Part shown: positions 13,901 to 27,634 of the stretch, one piece after another
How the letters are laid out: each line of letters opens with the position of its first letter
Numbering within the stretch: the first letter of the stretch is position 1
DNA from: Eledone cirrhosa
Taxonomy: Eukaryota
DNA: 64,000 bases
Reading direction: 5' to 3'
Assembly: GCA_964016885.1 (NCBI GenBank)
Contig: OZ024741.1
Location: 102,486,001-102,550,000 of the forward strand
Notes under the pieces: generated by a model
What the model was told of the DNA's origin: nothing
The model's database searches: none
The model's input: the letters and a program-made list of their open reading frames with translations, nothing else
Translations under genes and position numbers: made by a program

Positions 13901-14290
13901 TGGTGACTTTAGCCGATGCATAATAGAGATGATTTAAATCAGTAATGTTTAGTTTGTTTGTGATGATAATGTTTTTGATAATTATGTTAGTCTTGAGTAT
14001 TATCTTTTGGTTCTGTTTGGAGTTCTGCATCTTAGGGGGGGGGGGGTGTCTCGTTCCTCCACGTCAGATTCTTTCATTTTCATCCATTCGATCATAATTT
14101 CATCCTTCAAGTTGGCAAGTTCATTCTCATTCATTTCTTTATCATTTCCGATCTCATTGTTTTCATTTTGAGTTTCATCTTGAGCATGCACTCCCTCCAC
14201 TTTTTCGATCCTTTCTTTAATTTGTTCTGTTGTCAGTGATTCCGCCCCAACCCTGGGATTCGAAGTATAGGGACTATCTAATCGCTTCCA
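10978..14290 (-). mobile_element. R4/Dong-like LINE (RT + RLE), 5'-truncated and frameshifted
   Basis: Consecutive ORF pieces 14000-14305, 13539-14030, 13173-13520, 11646-13157 (DYKKAFD, GIFQGDSLSP, FYMDD) and 11105-11698 (RHD, RPDII..D, K..KY). The 3' end runs into (TAA)n. Confidence 0.92.
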
Positions 14291-14414
14291 AGGTAACTCT
14301 ATCACTTGTTATCTTTTTACACCTTTCTTACATTCTTTTATGCTCTCTACGTCTCTTTCTATGATTCCTCCTACTTCTCTCTCTCTCAACTGATTTTGTT
14401 ACCGGAGATTACAA

Positions 14415-14515
<101 letters not shown>

Positions 14516-14559
14516 TGAAGAATAACATGGTCGACAGTACAAACAAGGATATTTATTTA

Positions 14560-14667
14560 CAGTTTTACAATTGTTTCCATGATAGAGTTGTTTATAAATT
14601 GCTAAATCCTGGAGACAGTATAATTCAATTTACAATACATATAACTTCAATCATCTCATCAGAAACT
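14560..14667 (-). ncRNA. Type I hammerhead motif with long stem-II insertion
   Basis: AGTTT-CTGATGA-(G)ATGAT...ATCAT(G)-GAAAC-AATT-GTA-AAACT: stem I pairs, loop III is palindromic. Sister copy at 16537-16643 (+) has a C>A change. Confidence 0.7.
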
Positions 14668-15085
14668 ATTAAGAAATACAAAATATATGCGTAACGGTAA
14701 ACTTAAAAATTCAAATTACTACATCAATAATAGTATTAATGCTAAATAAATAAAGGAAGGCTGACATATGGAAATGAGAGAGAAAGAAAGAAAATGACGA
14801 AAGAAGGAACGAAGATATGGTTAAATGTATAATTGAACACGCTAGCTACTACAACTTAACTTTACTTAAGGCAGGCCATAAAGAACGACTCAAATACATA
14901 CATGATAAAAAAATAACAACACACTTAATGTTAACAATACTTCCCACAACCATAGAATCAACACACCTAGGTCTAAACGCATAAAGAGGCAGCATATACC
15001 TACTTTAAATAAACAAAATACTAATACTAATGCCACTAGTGGACATATAAGATACAGAACTAGAAACTACTTATGGTTTAATCCA

Positions 15086-15874
15086 ATGTTTAACTGCTCT
15101 ATTAAAACTAAGCTTCCTTTCACTTTCTTTAAATTAGTTGACAAACACTTCCCTAAAATACATAAATATCATAAAATCTTTAATAGAAAATCTATCAAAC
15201 TATCATACTCCACTGCCAACAACATAGAATCGCACATTCACAAAATTAACTACATAAGAATTCATAATCAAAGTAGCCCCCATATGAGTTCCATATCACC
15301 AAATACAGAACACACACATATTACATCATCGAAACCAAATACACGCCAAAGATCACCATCACAATACACCAACAAACATAATTCGCAGCCCATACATAAC
15401 AATCTTCAAAATAATATAGTAGAACAGGCACATAGGAAAGCATTTCTATGCAATTGCCACTTACCCGACAATTGCCCTCTACTAAACAGATGTCTGGAGA
15501 AAAACGTAGTATACTTGTGTACTATCAACTCAGGTAGCTTGGCATGGTATTACATTGGTTCCACAGCTGGTGTTTTCAAAAAACGGTGGTACGTGCACAG
15601 ACATTCTATGTTTAATAAGAATCAATCAAATACAACAACTCTTGCCAACAAAATATGGCAACTCAGGAATGCAGGCATTAAATACGAGATCAGTTGGAAA
15701 ATACTGTCATCTTCTAAGGCCTATCAAACTGATATGTCCCATTGTAGGCTCTGTAATATGGAGCTCTTCCAAATTCTTAATTTTAGTAAAACCCTTCTTA
15801 ACAGCAGAATTGAGCGAACTATCTTTTGCCATCATAAATCAGCAACGAAGTTCCTGAACTTTAAACCAACTTAA
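15086..15874 (+). CDS. PLE C-terminal region with GIY-YIG endonuclease (WFNP...KLSYS...CNC..CPL..C type), 5'-truncated
   Basis: VVY...YYIG, R..H, CRLC..E, LLN.R.E..C motifs. Confidence 0.8.
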   Translation: MFNCSIKTKLPFTFFKLVDKHFPKIHKYHKIFNRKSIKLSYSTANNIESHIHKINYIRIHNQSSPHMSSISPNTEHTHITSSKPNTRQRSPSQYTNKHNSQPIHNNLQNNIVEQAHRKAFLCNCHLPDNCPLLNRCLEKNVVYLCTINSGSLAWYYIGSTAGVFKKRWYVHRHSMFNKNQSNTTTLANKIWQLRNAGIKYEISWKILSSSKAYQTDMSHCRLCNMELFQILNFSKTLLNSRIERTIFCHHKSATKFLNFKPT

Positions 15875-16845
15875 CTCCATTTTCTACTCCTTATTCCTTT
15901 TTATACTTTTAGCACCTATTACGATATCAAATTATCACAAACTTCATAATTACGTAAGAATAACCTAAGAACATTTGTATTTACATCCTTATTTTTATTT
16001 TATTTGTATTTACATCATTTATTATCTTATATATATACACCCTTCACCATTTGTCTTTGTATTTCTCCACTTAAACATATTTTATCTCGATCATTTTATC
16101 CTATAATATAATACATCTCAAACTAGGTATTTTACATAGTAATGTATATTCGTCCGTATGTTTCTTTTCTTTTCTCTCTCCTTCATATCCCTATATTCAT
16201 GTTTAATTTCTATCCCCCTCTGCTTTCTCATTCCTCTTAATCTTCCTCTATTTCTTTCTCATCTTCCTTACTTATCCTTCCTCTTTGCCTTCTTTCTTTC
16301 TATATATATCTTTATTATTATTAATATTATATTTATTTTGATGTGATAGTTTGATTTCGTAACTTTGCCGGTTATACATTTAACTATATCTTCGTTCCTT
16401 CTTTTGTCATTTTCTTTCTTTCTCTCTCATTTCCGTTTATCCCCCTTCCTTTATTTATTTATCATTAATACTATTATTGATGTAGTAATTTGAATTTTTA
16501 AGTTTACCGTTACGCATATATTTTATATTTCTTAATAGTTTCTGATGAAATGGTTAAAGTTATATGTATTGTAAATTGAATTATACTGTCTCCAGTATTT
16601 AGCCATTTATAGACAACTCTATCATGGAAAAAATTGTAAAACTGTAAATAAATATCCTTGTTTGTACTGTCGGCCATGTTATTCTTCACCAAGATATATT
16701 TACATAGGAATACAAGCGAAGTCATAAAATCGTCACCAACGTAAACCTCTTGTTGAGTCACACAGCACCGTACACTTAAACTGTCCATGATAAATAGTTT
16801 TCACAGACCCTTATCGGATTACCTTTAACGATTTATTGTTATCCT

Positions 16846-16963
<118 letters not shown>

Positions 16964-17000
16964 TTATATATATATATTTATATATATATAATATATATAT

Positions 17001-17560
17001 ATGGTGGCTGCCAACTCGTTTTCGAGTACGGCCACTACTTTATATCCATGTAGGAGAACTCCTACCGATGCGCTGAACGAGTGTGACTTTTTAGTCCAGC
17101 CAGCGACTTGAAAACTCTGGTACAAACACTACACTTGTGACAATTATTGACACATAGTGCTGTGCCATTGTACCATGTGACGACAAGTGCAGAGAGATCT
17201 CCAGATATAAAGCAATGCCTGTGCCGTGAAGCTTTTATAGTGAGCAAAGGCACTGCACAAAGCCAGTCCTACTCTCTTAACCAAGATGATATTTACCAAA
17301 AAGAAGAACATGTCAACATCATTGGATACCATCAGAGTTGCAGGTGTTATATCAGAGTTTTCCTTCTCCTAGAATTCTGCCTTGACAAAGGCTAAGGGGT
17401 CATCTCTCTCGGTGATTTTGGATGGCCATTGACTCTTAAGAGCTCCTTTGCCCTTTAACAGGTTTTGTTTTTAGTCCTGCAGGATGTCCAAAGTCACCCT
17501 CCTGACCAAGAAACCTTGGTGGGGTTGCCAGTTTAGTCGCCAACGACCCGACCATGAGAC
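17001..17560 (-). mobile_element. Bipartite non-autonomous RTE derivative (5' UTR fused to C2H2-encoding 3' end)
   Basis: Near-identical to 43846-44210 and 44270-44715. The last ~190 nt match the RTE 3' end at 46265-46450; the head matches 46580-46735. Confidence 0.75.
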
Positions 17561-17566
17561 ATACAT

Positions 17567-17854
17567 ACGTGCTCCATCATCCAATTTTCTAAAAAGTAAA
17601 TCATACACAAAACGCCAGCATGAACAGTTTTCCAAGAGATGTCAACATGAATGGACCTGTTATTTTTATCTAAATACATTTTTTTTCCAATTCCAACCCG
17701 CCCGTCCCCTTAATCTATCTTATTTCTTATTCCTTCTTCTGACGAAGGACTAGCGTCCGAAACGTTAAGACCCTCTTCCTGCTATATCAAGCGTTAACCT
17801 AATATATCCCTTCCATATACTGTACCGATTGTGTTGTTATTTCTGCTTACCTTT

Positions 17855-17858
<4 letters not shown>
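17567..17858 (+). mobile_element. Short PLE pLTR/tail with minimal hammerhead (17735-17770)
   Basis: TCTT-CTGACGA-A-GGAC-TAGC-GTCC-GAAAC-GTT-AAGA, ending in (TA)n. Second copy at 53309-53596 (-). Confidence 0.8.
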
Positions 17859-17895
<37 letters not shown>

Positions 17896-18138
17896 TGTTG
17901 CTTTTATAACGAAATGTAGTAAAAGGTAAAGATAATGTAAACCTTCGTCTGTTTCAAAGACGGGTGTCTCTGTTCTTTGTTTAGCATGTACTAAGTGTAA
18001 TTATCACGGAGATTCAGCATGACAGTGTGTGACAGGAGTTGCGTTCCGATATACAGGTACAGTCCACCCGACGGGCTTACACATAATTTCCACGTTTCCA
18101 ACTTATATGTATGTATGTAAGTATGTATGCATGTATAG

Positions 18139-18601
18139 TCGGGTGTCGGTGACTAAACCGGCAACTCCACCAAGCTTGCTTGGTTAGTAGCGTGATATTT
18201 GGACACCCTGCGGGATGAAATACAAGACCTGGCAAAGGGCGGAAGAAGCCCCAGCAGAGTCAACTGTAGGGGATTTTTTTTTATACTTGGGAGTGAAAGG
18301 CCCCCAGTTGTTTTCACAACACCTACATAAGGGAGAGAAACTCTGAAAAAAAACCTGCGGCTTCGGAAGCATCCGATGATGTTGACCAGTTCTCCTTTTC
18401 AGGTAGTGTTTTCGATGCTCAGAGAGTGGGGTTGGTCGTGTGCAAGGCCTTTTCCTACTTAAAAAACCTTCAAAGCAAGCACAGACATTGCTTGTTCAGT
18501 TTATGTTACAGATTCGTGTGGCTAGCCGTAGCCTAAAAGTACACCATTTTCTGTAATCTGACAAGCGATTGCAACATTCTTAGCAGAGTTTGCAGCCATC
18601 A
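18139..18601 (+). mobile_element. Diverged non-autonomous RTE derivative in (TATG)n
   Basis: Head GACTAAACCGGCAACTCCACCAAG...GGACACCCTGC shared with 46600-46680 and 47900-47970; tail GCAGCCATCATGTATGTATG. Confidence 0.65.
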
Positions 18602-18689
18602 TGTATGTATGTATGCATGCAAGTATATATGTATGCATGCATGTAAGCATGTATGTACATTTGGATGTATGTAATTATACACACAGACA

Positions 18690-19420
<731 letters not shown>

Positions 19421-20719
19421 ACCGTCGTAAGGCTAGGAAAATAAAGGAAGATGATGAACTTATAAAAGTATCTGCTATTTATATATTTACTTATTTATCC
19501 AGTCGTGTATAAATATGTGCACGCATTTAGCTATGTATTTATATTAGTGTTTACTTTTTTAGTAGCTTCCCTTGAGAACGAATGTTGGTCACGAAATAAT
19601 TCAATATGGCGGACTATATCGGAAGGTGGAATATATTTAAATTTCCATCGTGTCGTTATATATCACGTAACGATACATTATGGCGTCACCGCCGAGTTTT
19701 AGTTTGCTATTTAGCAAGCTGTCTTATTTCACTGAATAAGTTCGTTTATGGTCAATGTGTGTGTTGTGTCTTGCCAGAAATATTTGTGCAATGAAAGGGT
19801 TGTAATAGAAAAGGTCAACATATGAAGGTAAAGAAATAAAATGGGGTAATATATATATGTTGGTTTTGTATCTATTGATGTTTATCTTTTTAAATATCAT
19901 TTACTGTTATTTTATAATTTGATTTTTTCATTCAATGACCATTATTGTTGTTGATACTTCACATTATCATACATTTCCATGTATTTATTAAGCTTAAATA
20001 AAAAGATACACAATGCAACCGAAGAAGAAATGCGAAGAAGAAAAACCTTTTGCAAAAAAACTGGAATATCCTATGTCTTAGATGGTAAGGCAGAAAGATA
20101 TTTTGAATGACTTGTCTCTTGTGTTTGTGGAGGACTATAAGATTTGGTTAATGTTGTTTGAGAATATATTGGGAAATCGTGACAACGCTTTCAGCTCTAG
20201 AATTCGGTTTTCGTTTTCATATATGGAATATGTGACATTATTTTCATTTATTTTTATTTTTAAAACAAATTCTTTTGTGAAATAGGCATAACTTTTCTCT
20301 TTTATGAATAACAAATCAATTCTAGGCATGAATTTCATATAACGTCGTGATTGGCGTCGTATGTTATAGATTTCGAAGTCACCAATTAGAGATTCACGAC
20401 ATTTCTGAAAGTGATAATGACATCAATTTTAAACTAGAGTTCCAATGATATTATTTAATTACCATACAAACCATGCACAGTTCGATTTTTAGTTAACACA
20501 TTTCAATTGCAAAATGTATAAAACTTTGTTAACAACTTTAACCAAAGTGTAATTTGACATTGCAACTGCATATATATATATATATCTCCTCTGTTATCTT
20601 TATAGGAAAAATGATGAATATATAAAATAAGCACCTAGTGTATTTTTATTTTATATATATGTCATGTGTATATATATAACAAAAAAAACACAAACAAAGA
20701 ACTGTGTTTGTACTTTTGT

Positions 20720-20756
20720 ACTTGACCAGTTTCGCTTAAAACAACTTTTCAAACGT
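20720..20756 (-). ncRNA. Degenerate minimal hammerhead motif (U3-A8 core)
   Basis: TTGAAAA-GTTGTTTTAAGC-GAAAC-TG-GTC-AAGT, followed by a T-rich tail into TA. Confidence 0.45.
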
Positions 20757-21089
20757 TTTTTCGTGTTTAATTTACCAGTTTTCCATTTGTAATGTTATTG
20801 TCGCTCATGTTTTTGTTAAAACAAGACACGACTGGTTGTATCTTTGACCCTTATGTCGAGGAAAAAACCCCACAATTCTTGACAAGGGACGTAATTCTGG
20901 ACTGACCAGGTATTGAAGGTTATGTATGCAAAAGGTTCAGTTTGGCCTGTTTTTTTTTGTTAATGCGTTCTTCCTTTGATGTTGACTAGCAACATTGGTA
21001 GATTGGGAAGACATTTAAAACTTGGTAAAGTGCGTCCTCCGCTTCCCTTTATATTTTGGCTAAAAGGGATATTCTTGTGTGTATGGAAC

Positions 21090-21410
<321 letters not shown>

Positions 21411-22847
21411 TTCGTGAAGGGTAAGTTGGAATCAATGTCGTTCATTTTGAACATGTTACAAATACACACCACACACCCACGTGATTCCTCTCCTACCAGA
21501 TTCTAGCATTAGCTTTTCGCAGTATTAAGCACCTTCTAATATGAAAATCTTCCAACAATGCTATCGCATTGCCTGTCCCTTCTCTTTCCGTATTCTACAC
21601 ACTTATTCCCCTTTCTCTTAACATAGATACATTAATGATCGCGATATTTCTGTAACTTCTCTTGGATTATTTAAACTATATTTGCTTCTGTATCTCAACG
21701 GGAGACAAGCATTTTGACATGTTGAAATAATCCATTTGGAAGAGTATTAGTGTATGCTAGTGGACGAAATTACTGATTGATCGCTAATCCGGAAGCTATC
21801 CCGAAAGATTATTTATTGAAGATTAAGTAGAAGCAATCATAAAAATTAATGTCAGCAGAACCATGCAAGGAATATATTATATATGAATTCTGCTCTAAGT
21901 TCAAATTTAGCTGAGGTCAAATTTACCTTTCATCCTTTCAAAATCAATAAACCAAGTATCAGTACAGGGTAGATGTATTGGCGGATAATTGTTAAAGTGT
22001 CACGGGACATGGTTTTCAATATTTGATCCGGCTCTTTCCATTCAAACCCCTCATCTTCCTAGGAGTTGTGACCGAACGACAGATAGCTTCAGCTGTGGCG
22101 ACTCGTCGCTGTTAAAGTAGCAACGACGACATAGAAAATGTACATCGCTTTTTTAACATCATCTGTAAACTGCTGAGTTTGTCATAATCAATTCGCCTTC
22201 TCCTTTATTTTAATGTTGTAGAAAGGGATGCTGATTATAAACCGATTCTCAATATTATTTCCTTATACTAACATATTAATTGAAGAAAATAAGCCATAAA
22301 CAATTCCCAAGCAACTGATATTACATTGTAATCTGAAGAAAGGTTATTTGCGTTAATAACTATTATTTTCAAAGAAGGCAAGGGGAAGAAATACGAAATT
22401 TGAATTAATAAAAATCGAATGGAGATATGCACATGTACGCTTACAACTCCTGACATGTTTCGATATTATTAGGCCTTCTCAGCGTGCACACATACATACA
22501 TGTAAGTATGTATGTATGTATGTATCTATGTATTTATGTATATAATTGTGAAATTAACATGAAAATGACCAATTATTTCACAGTCACGTGTACTCTAACC
22601 ATACAATACTTCTCGGATAGATTCAATATGATACAGTATGTCAAGGCTGACCCTTTGTATTACAGGGGCAGTCCCTTTGGCAGGCCTTCAAACAGTTTTC
22701 ACTCAATGACGATTGCTCATGATGCTAGGCAGTGGAATCGAACTCATGTCAGTTTTTTTGAGACGAACTTCTTAACTATACAGTCGTGTTATATATAAGT
22801 AGAGAATGTGCATTCATTATGCTTACTTTTCCCGTCAAAAAATATTG

Positions 22848-22994
22848 TCAGGATCAATTATGTCAACTATACATATAAATATACGTTATATGTTATACAC
22901 AAATTTATCTCTTTGAATAACTGAGTAATGATCCTTGACATCACCGAAACAATTGTAAAGCATTAAATGAGTTAAGAACTTCATTCGATATTCG

Positions 22995-23072
<78 letters not shown>

Positions 23073-23219
23073 CGAATATCGAATGAAGTTCTTAACTCAT
23101 TTAATGCTTTACAATTGTTTCGGTGATGTCAAGGATCATTACTCAGTTATTCAAAGAGATAAATTTGTGTATAACATATAACGTATATTTATATGTATAG
23201 TTGACATAATTGATCCTGA
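22848..23219. repeat. ~372 bp palindrome: 152-bp arms around a (TA)n spacer; arms carry the 3' half of an HHR
   Basis: 22848-22999 is the reverse complement of 23068-23219 with no mismatch seen. Arms contain CCGAAACAATTGTAAAGCAT. Confidence 0.92.
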
Positions 23220-23231
23220 GAGAGAGAGAGG

Positions 23232-23284
23232 GAGATTCCTGATGATTTCTCAAGAATGAAACAGTTCTAGCCCTGCAGAATCTC
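23232..23284 (+). ncRNA. Isolated type I hammerhead motif
   Basis: GAGATTC-CTGATGA-TTTCTCAAGAAT-GAAA-CAG..CTG-CA-GAATCTC with a 7-bp stem I. U16.1 appears changed to C. Confidence 0.7.
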
Positions 23285-23294
23285 ATCTATATAT

Positions 23295-23531
23295 ATATTT
23301 ATTAAAATAACAGATTAAAGTTTAAGCAGAGAATCGTTGCTTTCACCCTTAACAGGATCTTCTGAAACTTGTTTCGGAAGATACCGTTAAGGGTGAAAGC
23401 AGCGATTCTTTGCTTAAACTTTAATCTGTTATTTTAATAAATATTTGCTCTACGGTTCTTATATATTTGATATATATTTATCCTTATCGAGCCCTCTTTG
23501 GATTTTAGTCTTCAAATTTATTATTATTACT
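23295..23531 (+). mobile_element. PLE mini-insertion: 150-bp hairpin (23295-23444) with HHR-like motif (23371-23419) plus ~85-nt tail
   Basis: Arms meet at a 2-nt loop. GTTT-CGGAAGA...GAAA-GCA..TGC-TT-AAAC. Same family at 53007-53163. Confidence 0.75.
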
Positions 23532-23559
23532 ATATATATGTATATATGTATATACATAT

Positions 23560-23647
<88 letters not shown>

Positions 23648-23778
23648 GTGAGGTTTTTTTTACAAAATGAAAAATAACCGAGGTGTCCTACACGAGTGGA
23701 AGTATAACGAAAAAGGGATGAAATCGAAAATGCAACTGAAGTCTTATTTTTTTTTAAAATATATATATTTATTTGGTT

Positions 23779-23816
23779 CCTTTACCGGTTTCGCAGTTCT
23801 TCTGCTTTTCAAAAGG
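23779..23816 (-). ncRNA. Minimal hammerhead, U3-A8 variant
   Basis: CCTT-TTGAAAA-GCAG-AAGAA-CTGC-GAAAC-CG-GTA-AAGG. Confidence 0.8.
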
Positions 23817-24335
23817 TGAGTTGAGATGGAGGGTCTGTGGTTTTTCTCACATCTGGTTGGTCTCTAAATGTTACTTGTTTTATATGGAAAAACTGGCTCG
23901 AAAACCAGGTTTTTCGAGAAGTAATTTGATTGGTTTGTCAATAATTATAATAAATTTCGCGCCAGTTCGCGTTACAATAGTTCTTCAAATAAGAGAGGGG
24001 GGGGGGGGGGTGTTGTCACAGGTTGTTTTTTCATATATGAGTGTTTGAATTTCTTTTTACTTGAAAAAATGAGGCTCACGAAGGCTTTTTTTTGGTTGGT
24101 TATAAATGAAATTTGGCTGTCACGTGAACAAGTTTTCATTACATTTTTGCGCCCTTATTTGGGAAACTATTCTGTAGTCTTTATAGTGAATGTTATGACA
24201 ATGGAGAGATAGTGGTCAAGGGAAAAGGGATTGGGAGAAATGTTCTGGTTCAGTGAATATGGCCAGCTGTCAGAGTTCAGGTGTCACAGTTCAGATTTTC
24301 TATTGAGACTGAAGATATGTGTTTATTTGTGTGCT

Positions 24336-24368
<33 letters not shown>

Positions 24369-24857
24369 ATGTGTGTATTGGAAGATGATTCTATTAGTAG
24401 AGATGGGGGAGGGAGTTGTGTGTGTGTGTATATGGGTGTTATGTGTGTGTGTGCGAGTATGTTAGATAGAGAGAATATATATTTTTTGTGTGTGTGTATA
24501 TATATATGTGTGTAGGAAAGTGGTTCTATTAGTAGAAATGGGGAGGGTGTTTTTATGGTGTGGGGGTTTTTATGTGTGTGTATGGGTGTTATGTGTGTGG
24601 GAGTATGGTTAGCATGTTAAGATGAAGAGAATATATATATATATATATATATATTTTGTGTGTGTGTATGTGTGTGTGTAGGAAAATGATTCCTTTAGTA
24701 GGAATATTTTTGAATGAACATATTTTCCTGACTTTTTCGTGTTTGCTGTTGTATTGCCAGTGCAAACGTATGTTTAAGGTTTATTTAGTTCGGGTTTTTA
24801 TTTTCTAAAGTAGGTGTTATGTGTGTATGTCATATTGTGGTGTTGACATAATGTATA

Positions 24858-27464
24858 TTAAACCTTATTTAATGTTGGTCTATATTTTTGAATAAACATA
24901 TTTTCCTTATTTATTCGCATTTGTTCTGTTGTATTGTTAGCGCAAAGGTAAAATGGGAAGACTTGGAATTTGGGTGTCTTATTACTTGCGCAAATGTCTA
25001 GATGTGCACTTAGTGGTATTTGTCTCGTGGTTGGATCTCGTAATTATTGGCGATGAACTGTCATTCTGTTTCTGAGTGTGAGTTTAGTTTGTCCTATATA
25101 ATCTTCATTGCATCCTTTACATTTAATGGCATAAATTAGATTTTTTGATGAGCAAGTGAAGTGATTTTTTTACAGTAAAATTTTGTCCTGATTTAAATGT
25201 ATACGTGTTGCCTTCAATGAGGTGAGTGCAGGTTCCACAATTAGAGCGACCACATTTTTTGATACTTGGTTGTGGGTTTGTGGTAGGTAATTTGGCATTG
25301 GTGAGTAATGTTTTCAGTGATTTTGGTTGTCTTTTGCTTTTGATTATTTTGTGTGTTTCAAGGGCTTTTTTCATTCTTGGGTTTTGTTTTAGTAGTGGGA
25401 TGTTATTGTGAATAGTGTTGTAAGCTTCCGCATTTCTTGGGTTGTGTGTTGAGATATATGATAGAATATTGGACGTACCTTGAATTTGTTTCTGTTTCCG
25501 TAATTCATCAATGCCTATTGCTTTAGCCCTTTCTATTCCATTATTTATTAGTAATAGTGGGTACTCTCTCTCAAGTAGAATTTCCTTTAATTCTTGAAGT
25601 CTTTTATTTCGCGTTTCATAATTGGAGACAATTGTGCAAATTCTTCTTGCTAGGTTAAAAGGAATGTTCGTCTTCGTGTGCTTTGGATGGTTGGAGGTGA
25701 ATAGCAGATATTGTTTGGAATCTGTTGGTTTGTAGTGTATGTCAGTTTCGATATTTGTGTCTTTTTTTGTGATTAAGATGTCCAGAAATGGGAGTTGATC
25801 TTGGCTGTATTCCATTGTGAATTGGATGTGGTTATTGATGCCGTTTATTAAGTTTTTGAAATCCTTCAGTTGGTCGAGTGTGTGGGACCAAAGAATGAGG
25901 CAATCATCCAAGTAGCGTTTCCAATTCTCTGATAAATATTTGTGGAAGTTCAATCCGTATTTTGATTTGGACTGTTCATATATCTGGACTTCTAAGTATG
26001 CCATGACTAAGTTGGCATAAGTTGGAGCGGCTTTTGTGCCCATCGCAGTCCCCGATATTTGCTTGTAAGTATTGCCATCGAAATCAAAAAAGTTGTTCTG
26101 TAGGATGAATTTTAATCCCTCGGTGATGAAGCTTTTTTCTATTCTGTCAGGTATCTCATTGGGATATTTCTCTAGCCAGAATCCTATTGCTTCTAGTCCG
26201 TATTGGTGTGGGATCGTTGTGTAGAGATTCACTACATCGAAAGACACAATAATAGTGTCGTTGTTGACATGTTTGGGGAGGTTGTTTAAGAGGTCCAGAT
26301 CGTCTCTTACAAGGCTTGGTATGTGTTTCAGTATTGGTTTCAGTAGTATGTCTATAAAGTTGCTCAATCTGTGTGTTTCACATTGTGGGCCCGCTACAAT
26401 TGGTCTTAATTTAAGGTCTGTGGGGTATTGTGTGTTCACGCAGGCTGAGGTGGATTGTTTACAGGCATCGTTGATTATTTTACATTTGTGGATCTTCGGA
26501 AGTCCGTAAAGGTTGCTGGTTTTGTATTCAAAATTTGTTAAATAATCGCGTTCCTTTTTAGTTAGGTCTTCCTGGTATCGATAAATCAGTGTGTTTAATT
26601 TGGTCATTATTTTTGATTGCTGGTAGTTTTTTACTCTTTTATAGTAATTAGCATTTTGTAAGAGAGAGAACATAGAATTTTTATATTTTTCAGCCTCCAT
26701 AATGACAACAGTACTTCCCTTGTCCGCTTCCTTAATTACAATGTCCGGATTGTTTTTTAGTTCATGGATAATCTCCCATTCCCTTCGACTTGTGTTGGGT
26801 TTGGGTTTAGGTTGCGGTAGTTCATGGTATGGGAAGGTAGCTATGTGGTCACAAAATTTGTCCAGAACTCTGTTTCTACCTTTTGTTGGGTTGTAGCTGC
26901 TTTTATTCCGTACAATTGATTCGTCGTTATTCTCCTTGTCAAAGAATTCCTCTGTGAGACGTAATTTTCTACAGAAGTGTGAGATATCGTCATTTATCTC
27001 GTTGGGGTTAGGATATTGTGGTGTTGGTGTGAATTTCAGACCTTTGGAGAGAATTTTTACTTGTTGGGCTGAGAGGTTTGTATTTGAAATGTTAATTATT
27101 TTCGGTTTTTCAAAATCGGTTTGTGCCACCGGGTGTCGTGAGTCCTGTAGCCTTGGTTTAAAAAATGATTTTTCTGGAATGTTTTTTCATTGGTATTATT
27201 ATATCTAATGGTATTTCCCCTGTTGTTGTGTGGTCTTGTATAGAAGTTTCGGACGTATTGAGGTTCGGTTTGTTGATAGTCCGGGTTGTAGATTTGGTTC
27301 CTTTGTGTGGGTTGGGATCTATGGTTTTGGAACAGGCTCTGTGTGGGCAGGGGTCTACGGTTTTGGAATAGGTTTTGTGTGGGTTGTGATCTGCGGATCA
27401 GATCCTGCCTTGTGTTCGGGGATCTTTGGTTTTTGTTAGTTGGGTTATAGTTTTGTCTATGGTT
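24858..27464 (-). pseudogene. PLE reverse transcriptase + GIY-YIG endonuclease, frameshifted
   Basis: ORF 25123-27129 has LSKGLKFTP, ADKG, YGLPKIHK, RPIV, FDVVNLYT, GTAMG, RYLDD, PFLD and CGRSNCGTC. After a frameshift: NLIYAIKC..C..YIGQT..LRNR..H...PTLN. Confidence 0.9.
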
Positions 27465-27474
27465 TCTCAACTCA

Positions 27475-27512
27475 CCTTTTGAAAAGCAGAAGAACTGCGA
27501 AACCGGTAAAGG
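27475..27512 (+). ncRNA. Minimal hammerhead, U3-A8 variant (inverted pLTR copy)
   Basis: Identical to 23779-23816; palindromic ACCGGT stem III. Confidence 0.8.
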
Positions 27513-27581
27513 AACCAAATAAATATATATATTTTTTAAAAAAATAAGACTTCAGTTGCATTTTCGATTTCATCCCTTTTT

Positions 27582-27634
<53 letters not shown>

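Larger units (their letters stand above)
23641..27582 (-). mobile_element. Penelope-like element with 3' pLTR+tail (23641-23826) and inverted 5' pLTR (27465-27582), in (TA)n
   Basis: ~117 bp inverted repeats containing an HHR flank an RT + GIY-YIG ORF; (TA)n on both flanks. Confidence 0.92.
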
